From an uncultured Pelagibacteraceae bacterium (GTDB lineage: Bacteria; Pseudomonadota; Alphaproteobacteria; Pelagibacterales; Pelagibacteraceae), in contig CABZTP010000004.1 of assembly GCA_902528735.1 (NCBI GenBank), forward strand, positions 5,204 to 69,203: 64,000 bases of DNA, written 5' to 3'. Position 1 is the stretch's first letter, and every line of letters starts with the position of its first letter. A program made the position numbers and the translations under genes. Below the pieces are notes generated by a model, which did no database searches, was not told the origin of the DNA, and was given only the letters and a program-made list of their open reading frames with translations. Of the stretch, positions 19,560 through 28,081 are shown piece after piece.

Positions 19560-20420
19560 CTAATTTTTGCTTATTTTATCTGCCACTAATATTTTTCTTT
19601 GCATTTCTCGTAGGACAGGTTTTTCAATTAGTTTTCCATCTATTACAACCAAGCCGGTGTTTGCTTCATTGAATTGGTTTACAATTCTTTTTGCTTTAAT
19701 AATTTCTTCTGGGCTTGGAGTAAAAATTTCATTTAGAATATTTATTTGTTTTGGATGAATTGACCCTTTGCCTGTAAATCCCAAGTCTTTAACAAGTTGA
19801 GCCTCTCTTTTCATTCCATCCATATTTTCTAAATCCAAATATGGAACATCTATTACATCCACTCCAACACTAGCACCTGCATGAACTAATCTTGATCTTG
19901 CATACACAAGATTTTCGAATTTATTCTTTACCCTTAACTCTGCAGCCATATCTTCTCCTCCAAAATATAAGGCAACTATTCTCTCACTAGAATGAGCAAT
20001 ATCATAAATATTCTCAAGAGCTTCATTAGTCTCCATAATAACATGAAGATCAGTATCTAAGCCATTATCAGTTAGTAGATCGTCTATAAATTTAATTTCA
20101 TCAGGAGTTTTAATTTTAGGCAACATCACTGCTTTGATTTTAATTTTACTTGAAATGAACGCTTCTAAATCTAAAAGACCATGCTTTGTTCTTTGACAAT
20201 TAAATCTAACTACTAACTCTACATCATTTTTTATTTCAAGATTTTTTAATGCTTTAATAGTTTTCTTTCTTGCTTCATCCTTATCTTTAATAGCTATTCC
20301 ATCTTCTAACTCAATACAAACCATATCTGCACCTGAAGCTATTGCTTTTGGAAACATCTCTGGTCGAAGACCTGGGGTAAATATAAAGCTTCTTCTTACT
20401 CTAATTTTATCAAATTTCAT
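19560..20420 (-). CDS. CitE/malyl-CoA lyase family CoA-ester lyase
   Basis: RRSFIFTPG, ELEDG, LPKI, IMET, FGGEDM, GFTGKGSIHPKQI. Confidence 0.88.
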   Translation of the reverse strand: MKFDKIRVRRSFIFTPGLRPEMFPKAIASGADMVCIELEDGIAIKDKDEARKKTIKALKNLEIKNDVELVVRFNCQRTKHGLLDLEAFISSKIKIKAVMLPKIKTPDEIKFIDDLLTDNGLDTDLHVIMETNEALENIYDIAHSSERIVALYFGGEDMAAELRVKNKFENLVYARSRLVHAGASVGVDVIDVPYLDLENMDGMKREAQLVKDLGFTGKGSIHPKQINILNEIFTPSPEEIIKAKRIVNQFNEANTGLVVIDGKLIEKPVLREMQRKILVADKISKN

Positions 20421-20479
20421 TTTGACCTTATAACTTATAATTTTTGATGTTATGATAATATACTTTTTTAAAATAAAAA

Positions 20480-21367
20480 ATGAATAATAAGGTCTTCATC
20501 TCATGTGCAATTACTGGATCTGGTGATACAGCGAGCAAACATCCTGATTTACCTAAAACTCCAGAACAAATTGCAAAGGCTGCGATTGAATCCGCTAAAG
20601 CAGGAGCTGCAATTGCTCATATTCACGTTAGAGAAGAAGATGGAACTCCAAGTAGAAGACTTGAGCTTTATAAAGAAGTGGTTGATAGAGTAAGATCTTC
20701 AGAAACAGATGTCATTCTTAATCTTACAACTGGTATGGGTGGTGATTTAGATATCGGACAAGGTAAGAACCCTTTAGACTTTGGTCCAATGACAGACATG
20801 GCAAATGTAATGGAGCGAATTGCTAATGCAGAACAATTTCTACCAGAAATATGCACACTTGATTGTGGTACGTTAAATTTTGGAGATAGCTCTGTTATCA
20901 CAGTCAACACACCTAACGATTTAAGAAAAGCTGCAAAAAAACTTCAAGAGATAAAAGTTAAACCTGAAATAGAAGCTTTTGATTTAGGAAATATGTGGTT
21001 TGGTGCTCAATTATATAAAGATGGATTATTAAGTGATCCACCTCTTTTTCAAATGTGTTTAGGAATTCCATGGGGAGCACCTGCAACACCACTAGCTATG
21101 CAAGCAATGAAAGATATAATGCCTAAAGAAGGTATATGGTCAGGATTTGCAATATCTAAAAATGAAATGCCATATGTCGCTCAAACTGTAGTAATGGGAG
21201 GCAACCCTAGAGTTGGATTAGAGGATAATTTATATTTATCTAAGGGTAAATTAGCAACAAATCCTCAATTAGTTGAGAAAGCTGTAAGGATCGTTACAGA
21301 CTTAGGTGTTGAGATAATGTCACCTACAGAAACAAGAGAAAAATTAAAGCTTGTAAAACACAAGTAA
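20480..21367 (+). CDS. cdhC: BKACE/DUF849 beta-keto acid cleavage enzyme, probable 3-dehydrocarnitine cleavage enzyme
   Basis: AHIHVR Zn motif, NLTTGMGGD, PEICTLDCG, RVGLEDN; coupled to carnitine dehydrogenase. Confidence 0.85.
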   Translation: MNNKVFISCAITGSGDTASKHPDLPKTPEQIAKAAIESAKAGAAIAHIHVREEDGTPSRRLELYKEVVDRVRSSETDVILNLTTGMGGDLDIGQGKNPLDFGPMTDMANVMERIANAEQFLPEICTLDCGTLNFGDSSVITVNTPNDLRKAAKKLQEIKVKPEIEAFDLGNMWFGAQLYKDGLLSDPPLFQMCLGIPWGAPATPLAMQAMKDIMPKEGIWSGFAISKNEMPYVAQTVVMGGNPRVGLEDNLYLSKGKLATNPQLVEKAVRIVTDLGVEIMSPTETREKLKLVKHK

Positions 21368-22311
21368 TGTCAAAAATTAAAACTGTTGGAATTGTTGGAA
21401 CCGGTGTAATAGGGACAGGCTGGATTATTAGAAATTTAGCACACAACAAAATTATTCATGCGTATGATCAAAACAAAAATCTTAAAAATTATGTTTTAAA
21501 AGAAATAAAAAGAACTTCAAAAAGTATAAAAAAACTTTTTGGAAAAAAAATTTTAATTAAAAATTTAAAATTCTTTAATTCTTTAGAAAAAGCTCTTACA
21601 AATGTAGATTTTGTTCAAGAAAGTGTATTAGAAAATTATAAAGTTAAAACTGATTTAATACAAAAAATCTCTAAATATGTAAAATCAAATGTAATTATTT
21701 CCTCAAGTTCATCAGGACTTTTGCCCTCTAAAATTTTTTCTAAAAGTAAAAATCCACAAAGAGGCATAATTGGACACCCATTTAACCCAGCATACTTATT
21801 GCCAGCGGTTGAAATAGTTCCTGGAAAAAAAACTTCAAAAAAGTTTCTTTTAGACGCGAATAAATATTACAAATCAATCTCAATGAAACCAATTATGCTT
21901 AAAAAAGAATTACCAGGTTATTTATCGGATAGACTTCAAGAAGCATTGTGGAGAGAAGGTTTACATATAATTAACGAAAATTATGCAACAACACAGGAAT
22001 TAGATCGTGCAATAGAAGATGGACCAGGTCTTAGATACTCAATAATGGGCACCTTTTTAACATTTCATCTTGCGGGAGGTAATGCGGGAATGAAACATAT
22101 GTTAAAACAATTTGGTCCAGCTTTAAAATTACCTTGGACAAAATTAAAAGCTCCAAAGTTAACAAATAAATTATCTGATAAACTTATATCAGGCACAAAA
22201 AAACAAGCAAAAGGTAAATCAATTAATATGCTTTCAAATATTAGGGACCAATATTTAGTTGACGTCTTAAAAATTAGAAAAAAATATGAGAATAAAATTA
22301 GAAATGGATGA
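21367..22311 (+). CDS. cdhA: L-carnitine 3-dehydrogenase
   Basis: GTGVIGTGW, SSSSGLLPS, GHPFNPAYLLP, DRLQEALWRE, GPGLR, QFGPALKLPWTKL. Confidence 0.88.
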   Translation: MSKIKTVGIVGTGVIGTGWIIRNLAHNKIIHAYDQNKNLKNYVLKEIKRTSKSIKKLFGKKILIKNLKFFNSLEKALTNVDFVQESVLENYKVKTDLIQKISKYVKSNVIISSSSSGLLPSKIFSKSKNPQRGIIGHPFNPAYLLPAVEIVPGKKTSKKFLLDANKYYKSISMKPIMLKKELPGYLSDRLQEALWREGLHIINENYATTQELDRAIEDGPGLRYSIMGTFLTFHLAGGNAGMKHMLKQFGPALKLPWTKLKAPKLTNKLSDKLISGTKKQAKGKSINMLSNIRDQYLVDVLKIRKKYENKIRNG

Positions 22312-22718
22312 AAGAAAAAATTTTTATTAATAAAACTGGCGGATGCATATGTGGAGATATAACTTTTAAAGTTAAACTTGATGAAGTCCCTTTAGTTTTC
22401 AATTGTCATTGCATTGATTGTAGAAAAAAAATAGGAGGAATGATGACAATTATACTACTCAGAGACGGAGCAATAGATATAGATAAGTCTAAATTAAAAA
22501 TTTATGAACATGAAGGTGGTAGTGGCAATAAAATTAAAAAACATTTTTGTGGGAAATGTGCCGCTCCAATTTTAACTTATGTAGAAAAGTATAAAAAATA
22601 TTATTTATATGCAGGTTTGCTGGACGATATCAGTTTTCTAAATAAAGCAGAGAATATTCATTTTAAAGACTCTCATTTTCCATTTATGGAAATAAGCGAA
22701 AAAAACATTAAAGTTTAA
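22308..22718 (+). CDS. GFA/CENP-V (Mss4-like) Zn protein
   Basis: GGCICG, CHCIDC, FCGKC; ATGA-coupled to cdhA. Confidence 0.88.
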   Translation: MKEKIFINKTGGCICGDITFKVKLDEVPLVFNCHCIDCRKKIGGMMTIILLRDGAIDIDKSKLKIYEHEGGSGNKIKKHFCGKCAAPILTYVEKYKKYYLYAGLLDDISFLNKAENIHFKDSHFPFMEISEKNIKV

Positions 22719-22721
22719 CTA

Positions 22722-23507
22722 TTAATGCATTCTTAAAGTATTGCCGTCTACTGCAATTATTTGTCCAGATATCCTTGGTGCATCATTCGAAATTAAAAAA
22801 CTACAAATTCTTCCAATATCCTCTTCATAAACCCAGGTATTCATTGAAGTCATTGAAACAAATTCTTTTTCTATTAATTTTTTTGAAACATTTAAAAACT
22901 TCGATTTATCTCTTATCACTCTTCCCATTCTATCTCCCTTAATTGTTCCAGGACAAATAGCGTTTACTCTAATTTTAAATTTTCCTAGTTCCATTGCCAG
23001 CGTCTTGGTTATACCTATAACTGCCCACTTACTAGCACAATAAGGAGATCTTAATGGAAATCCAAATATACCTGCTGTAGAAGATAAATTTATTATAGCT
23101 CCACTTTTATTTTTTTTAAGCATAGGAATTGAATATTTTGAAAAATAAAAATGGCTAATAACATTTACCTTTAATGTATTTTCCCAATCTTTAGTTTTTA
23201 ATTTTTCAAGGGTTCCTGTTGGTCCTGCAATTCCAACATTATTTATAAGAGCATCAATTTTTTTCGTTTTTTTTAATACTTTGCCAAAAAAATTCTTTAC
23301 TTGATTCTCATCTGAGGCATCACACTGAAATACAAATAATTTTTTATTATTAAGTTTGTGTTTCTTACATTTGTTAATAAAACTTGAGTTGACATCACAA
23401 AGATATACTGTTGCGCCTTTATCTAAAAATATTTTTGCTGAACTCCATCCAATACCTGAACCTCCTGCGGATATGATTATTTTTTTATTTTTTAGGGTTA
23501 TGCTCAT
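22722..23507 (-). CDS. Short-chain dehydrogenase/reductase
   Basis: AGGSGIG, NNVG, YCASK, RVNAICPG. Confidence 0.92.
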   Translation of the reverse strand: MSITLKNKKIIISAGGSGIGWSSAKIFLDKGATVYLCDVNSSFINKCKKHKLNNKKLFVFQCDASDENQVKNFFGKVLKKTKKIDALINNVGIAGPTGTLEKLKTKDWENTLKVNVISHFYFSKYSIPMLKKNKSGAIINLSSTAGIFGFPLRSPYCASKWAVIGITKTLAMELGKFKIRVNAICPGTIKGDRMGRVIRDKSKFLNVSKKLIEKEFVSMTSMNTWVYEEDIGRICSFLISNDAPRISGQIIAVDGNTLRMH

Positions 23508-23570
23508 TTTTTATTTGAAAAGATAATTCAAACTAACAGATCTTCCAACAATTAATAAGTCAACTAATAA

Positions 23571-23599
23571 TTGAATTGAGCATTAAAATATCTTATATT
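23571..23599 (+). promoter_or_regulatory. Sigma70-type promoter of the gamma-butyrobetaine dioxygenase gene (near-leaderless)
   Basis: TTGAAT-17 bp-TATATT, ending 10 nt before ATG 23610; no SD. Confidence 0.6.
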
Positions 23600-23609
23600 G
23601 ATATTGATC

Positions 23610-24734
23610 ATGCACTCAATCTCAAAAATCTCAAAAAATGGGACTTATCTTCAAGTAATTTGGGATGATGGGATAGAAAGTAAATTTAATTATATGTGGC
23701 TGAGAGATAATTGTCCAACAGCGCATGATAAAGACTCTAGGCATCGAATGTTTAATATTTTAGATGTATCAGAAAGTATAAACCCAAAAAAATATAATCT
23801 TAATAGTGAGGGTAAATTAGAAATAGAGTGGAGTGAAGGAAACCATGTAAGCCATTATGACATTAATTGGCTTAGAGAAAATTGCTACACTATAAAAAAT
23901 AATGAAGAATACAAATCACCTTACCAATTATGGGATAGCAGTTTAGAGAAAAATATTCATAGTATATATATAGATCACAATGAAATTATGTCTTCTGAAG
24001 AGGGATTGATTAAATGGTTAGAACTTCTTCACTTTAAAGGAATAGCTATAGTTTATAATGCTCCAGTGGAAAAAAATTCTGCTTTTCCTCTATTAAATAG
24101 AATTAGTCATATAAGAGAGACTTTTTTTAAAACACCTTTTGAAGTTATTAATATACCAAAACCGAATAACTCAGCTTATACAGCTCATGCGCTTCAAAAT
24201 CATATGGATTTACCATGGTTTGAAAATCCTCCTGGGTATCAATTTTTACATTGCTTAGTTAATTCAGCAAAAGGAGGTGACTCATCAGCGGTAGATGCAT
24301 TCGCTGTAGCAGAATATTTAAAGAATAATGACAGAGATACTTTTGAAACACTTACAAAAATTCCTTTAAAGTTTAGAGACAAAGATTACACTCAAGAAGC
24401 TCATAGAAGCTTTTATGGAACTGCAATAAGTCTTACAAAAGATGGTGACTATAATGATGTTAGATTTAGTACTGCAACCATGGATGCTTTAGACTGTCAT
24501 CCAGATCAAATGGATAAAGTTTATAAATCTCATCATAAATTTGGAAAACTTTTACACGATGACAATTTTCAAATAAAATTTAGGCTAAGACCAGGAGATA
24601 TATATACATTTAACAATAGAAGAGTACTTCACGGAAGAACTGAGTTTGATCCAAATTCTGGACACAGACACCTACAAGGTTATTACATGGATAGAGATGA
24701 AATTGTGGGTAGATTAAATTATCTTAAGAAATAA
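23610..24734 (+). CDS. Gamma-butyrobetaine dioxygenase (BBOX-like)
   Basis: N-terminal WLRDNC domain, NSAYT, HMDLP, PPGYQFLHC, NRRVLHGRT, RHLQGYY; adjacent to carnitine genes. Confidence 0.85.
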   Translation: MHSISKISKNGTYLQVIWDDGIESKFNYMWLRDNCPTAHDKDSRHRMFNILDVSESINPKKYNLNSEGKLEIEWSEGNHVSHYDINWLRENCYTIKNNEEYKSPYQLWDSSLEKNIHSIYIDHNEIMSSEEGLIKWLELLHFKGIAIVYNAPVEKNSAFPLLNRISHIRETFFKTPFEVINIPKPNNSAYTAHALQNHMDLPWFENPPGYQFLHCLVNSAKGGDSSAVDAFAVAEYLKNNDRDTFETLTKIPLKFRDKDYTQEAHRSFYGTAISLTKDGDYNDVRFSTATMDALDCHPDQMDKVYKSHHKFGKLLHDDNFQIKFRLRPGDIYTFNNRRVLHGRTEFDPNSGHRHLQGYYMDRDEIVGRLNYLKK

Positions 24735-24736
24735 AT

Positions 24737-24765
24737 AAAAGGGCTTTGATTTCCAAAGCCCTTTT
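24737..24765. terminator. Bidirectional intrinsic terminator
   Basis: AAAAGGGCTTTG-ATTTC-CAAAGCCCTTTT between convergent genes. Confidence 0.9.
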
Positions 24766-24787
24766 TATCTAATTTATTTTAAAGTTA

Positions 24788-25798
24788 TTATGGAAGCCAA
24801 CTTTTCCACTTATCTGGATTATTGTCTAACCACTCATTAACAACTTCTTTTACATCTCTTTTCTTGATATCAACTTCAACTAACATTTTAGCTTGGTCAA
24901 TATTTTGTAAAGACATTTTTTCAAAGAAAGCTTTTGCATCTGAGTGTTCAGCACTAGCAAAAGTTGCTGGATTACCATAGTTCATTGTATAATCCTTAGC
25001 CCAACCAGTTGCCGGCCATCCTTTTGTCCCACAATCTTTCCAGTTTCCTGCCTCCGTGAACGTATCAGGATTACAAACTTTATGTTCAGGTAGTTGTACC
25101 CCAACCATATCAAACTCTCCAAAGAACCAATGTGGAGACCATAGATATAACATAAACGGTTCTTTTCGCATGTATGCAGCTTTAGCTTCTGCTATTGCAG
25201 CAGCCTCAGTACCAAGTTCATCAGCTTGGAAATCTATTCCTAAAAGATCAAGTCTTTTTTGGTCATGACAGTTCCAGCCTGCAACAGGACATCCGATAAG
25301 TCTTCCTCTTTTACCACTCTCTATTGTTGCAAATTTAGCTTTATGTTTATTTAAATCTTGCCAAGTTTTGATACCAAATTCCTCTGCTGCATATCTAGGT
25401 ATCCAATAATCAGATAAACCAATTATTCCTGATGTACCTAAAAGATCTACACTTCCGTCTCCGCTGTAACTTCCTACAACTTTGCCTTCATATATTAAAT
25501 CTTCGTTTAACATTACAGAGTCAGCTTCAGCATAGCTTGGCCAACTTTCGCATGCAAAATCTAATTCACCTGCAGCAATGGCTTCCCATAATCCTGTTCC
25601 AGATGGGAATACTGTTTGTTTAACCTTATATCCCATTTCTCTTTCAAGGATTGCAACTGCAACTTCGCATGTAATTATCCCACCAGTCCAATCTGCAATA
25701 GCTGCATGAAGTCTTTTAGCTGCATTAGCATGTCCAAAAGATCCAATTAGCAACACTACAGATAGTATTAGTGCTGATATTTTTTTTGATAACTTCAT
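24788..25798 (-). CDS. proX: ProX/OpuAC-family quaternary-amine substrate-binding protein
   Basis: Signal peptide, ADWT, ESW, GCPVAGWNC, WSPHW; SD GAGAGG. Confidence 0.88.
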   Translation of the reverse strand: MKLSKKISALILSVVLLIGSFGHANAAKRLHAAIADWTGGIITCEVAVAILEREMGYKVKQTVFPSGTGLWEAIAAGELDFACESWPSYAEADSVMLNEDLIYEGKVVGSYSGDGSVDLLGTSGIIGLSDYWIPRYAAEEFGIKTWQDLNKHKAKFATIESGKRGRLIGCPVAGWNCHDQKRLDLLGIDFQADELGTEAAAIAEAKAAYMRKEPFMLYLWSPHWFFGEFDMVGVQLPEHKVCNPDTFTEAGNWKDCGTKGWPATGWAKDYTMNYGNPATFASAEHSDAKAFFEKMSLQNIDQAKMLVEVDIKKRDVKEVVNEWLDNNPDKWKSWLP

Positions 25799-25831
25799 TT
25801 ATTTCCTCTCTTTTAATTAATTAAAAAATGT

Positions 25832-25861
25832 ATTTTAAAGCAAAATATAACTGTCTGTAAA
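25832..25861 (-). promoter_or_regulatory. Candidate internal promoter for the binding-protein gene
   Basis: TTTACA-18 bp-TAAAAT on the minus strand. Confidence 0.4.
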
Positions 25862-25889
25862 CCGTTCAAATCGGCACTATTTTATTGGT

Positions 25890-28004
25890 TTATAAACCCA
25901 AAGCCTCTCTCTGTTTTTTAGTATAAGCTAATGTAATTCTATCAATAATGATTGCCAAAAGAACAATTCCTATCCCCGCAGCAAGACCTCTTCCAGTATC
26001 AGATCTTGCTAGTCCATTAAATACCTCTAATCCTAGACCTTTGCCTCCAATTAACGGAGTAACAATTTGCATTGCAAATGCCATAATTACTGTTTGATTA
26101 AAACCTATTACCAAACTTGGTATTGCTAGTGGAAACTTAACTTTATTTAATGTTTGAATTAAAGTGCCTCCAAATGATCTTGAAACTTCAGAGTAGGTGC
26201 CTGATACTTGAGTTAAGCCTAATGAAGTTAATCTAACTATTGGAGGGATTGAGTATATAACTGTTGCAAGAACAGCAGATACAGTTCCACCACCAAAAAA
26301 CATTAAAACAGGTATTAAGTAACAAAAGTACGGAAGTGTTTGCATAGCATCAAGCACTACATTTTGAATATTTCTAAATCTTTCATTGTAGGATGCAATT
26401 ATTCCAAGTGGAACTCCTACAACAAAACATAATGCAACAGATACCAGTACAGAAGATAAAGTTATCATTGATTGTGTCCATATTCCACATGCACCTATAA
26501 ATAATAAAAGAAGTGCAGTAATAATTGCAAATCTTATACCAACTGTTACATAACCTAATGCAGCAAATACTGCCAATGTATACCACCATGGTATTTGAGT
26601 TAGAAAAACATCTAAAGGTCTTAATAAATTTAAGTAAACAAAAGCTCTTAAACCCTTTGCAAAAGAAATAAAACCTGGATTTACAGTCAAACTTTCAACT
26701 GCATTAGTAATTGGTTGCCTTATTGATAATTTCCATTCTTTTGGGAATGTTCCTATTTCTAAGAAGTAATGATCCAGAAAAGCTATAAATAATAAAATTA
26801 GAAAATACGGAATTACATAATATCTCTTACTAATGAATTCACCAATGTTGTCTGCGGTGGATTTATTAAAAACTGATACAAAAAGTTTAAATAAAGATGC
26901 TACAATAGATGTAACTAGTTGGCATATAATTTTTAAAATTTTATTTCCAAAATTTAATGGCATTTCGATTAGTTTTGCAATTTGATATTTTTCCCAACTT
27001 TGGGGAAGCAAATAAAATTTTTGAACATCAGATGGTAATGTCCTTTCTGTTTTACTGAAAGCTAAACTAAACCTATCAAACATTATTGCCATAAATAATA
27101 TACATAGCCCACCCTCCATTGCCCATCCAACGTCAAGTCTTCTAATAGCTTGCCAAACCTGCCCACCAATACCTTCTGCGCCAATGAAACATGCGAGAAC
27201 TACTAAGGCTAATGCCATCATTATCACTTGATTAATCCCCATCATTATACTTGGCAAAGATAATGGAATTTTAATTTTAAATAATAGTTGAAGTTTACTT
27301 GAACCAAATGATGTAGCTGACTCAATTGTTTGCGCAGGCACTTGTCTTATACCTGTATTTGTTAATCTTATTATTGGAGGCATTGCATATATCATTGTAG
27401 CTAAGATAGCTGGCGCACCTCCTATCCCAAAAAAAAATAATGCAGGAAACAAATAAACAAATGCTGGCATTACTTGCATAGTATCTAGGACTGGCTTCAT
27501 AAAATTTTCAAATCTGTTACTTTGTGAACACAAGACTCCTAATATAAAACCAAAAAACACACATAATAAAACTGATAAACCCATTAATGCTACAGTTTGT
27601 AAGGAAGGTTCCCACATTCCTGTTGCTCCCCAAAAATAAACTACAAATGAAGAATATATTCCTAGACGTAAGCCACCTGCGATTATACAGGGAATTATAA
27701 TTATAGCTGCGATTAAAATCCAAGATGACTCTAATAAAAAGTCTTCAACAAAATAATAAGTTTCTTTAATATAACTTGCGATAAGTTTAGTTACCCATCT
27801 ATAATTTTTTTTTAAGTAATCTTCGCCGTCATTTACCCAAGCTGTAAAAGTAAATTTATCTGTGACTTCTTTTGGAAATTTTGAGGGGCCCTCACTTTGA
27901 GTAGATAGCCATAATGCTACTAAAAAAACAACTCCAATGATTACATAAGATAATATGTTTTTTGATTGATTAGATTTATCAATTAAGTCAGATCTAGTAG
28001 CCAT
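25890..28004 (-). CDS. proW: ProW-type ABC permease, two fused permease domains
   Basis: Two repeats, LDTMQVMPAFVYL...PPIIRLT and LDAMQTLPYFCYL...PPIVRLT; 704 aa. Confidence 0.9.
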   Translation of the reverse strand: MATRSDLIDKSNQSKNILSYVIIGVVFLVALWLSTQSEGPSKFPKEVTDKFTFTAWVNDGEDYLKKNYRWVTKLIASYIKETYYFVEDFLLESSWILIAAIIIIPCIIAGGLRLGIYSSFVVYFWGATGMWEPSLQTVALMGLSVLLCVFFGFILGVLCSQSNRFENFMKPVLDTMQVMPAFVYLFPALFFFGIGGAPAILATMIYAMPPIIRLTNTGIRQVPAQTIESATSFGSSKLQLLFKIKIPLSLPSIMMGINQVIMMALALVVLACFIGAEGIGGQVWQAIRRLDVGWAMEGGLCILFMAIMFDRFSLAFSKTERTLPSDVQKFYLLPQSWEKYQIAKLIEMPLNFGNKILKIICQLVTSIVASLFKLFVSVFNKSTADNIGEFISKRYYVIPYFLILLFIAFLDHYFLEIGTFPKEWKLSIRQPITNAVESLTVNPGFISFAKGLRAFVYLNLLRPLDVFLTQIPWWYTLAVFAALGYVTVGIRFAIITALLLLFIGACGIWTQSMITLSSVLVSVALCFVVGVPLGIIASYNERFRNIQNVVLDAMQTLPYFCYLIPVLMFFGGGTVSAVLATVIYSIPPIVRLTSLGLTQVSGTYSEVSRSFGGTLIQTLNKVKFPLAIPSLVIGFNQTVIMAFAMQIVTPLIGGKGLGLEVFNGLARSDTGRGLAAGIGIVLLAIIIDRITLAYTKKQREALGL

Positions 28005-28081
28005 AATTGCAAGTTAAAATAAATAATTTTACATTTAAAGTAAAATATTGTCTATTTTTGAGGTAATATTATTTATTAAAA

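Noticed and set aside
18261-24734. Eukaryote-like carnitine biosynthesis from trimethyllysine
   Set aside because: The 275-aa dioxygenase is TauD-like and lacks the TMLH/BBOX N-terminal domain, and no PLP aldolase is present.
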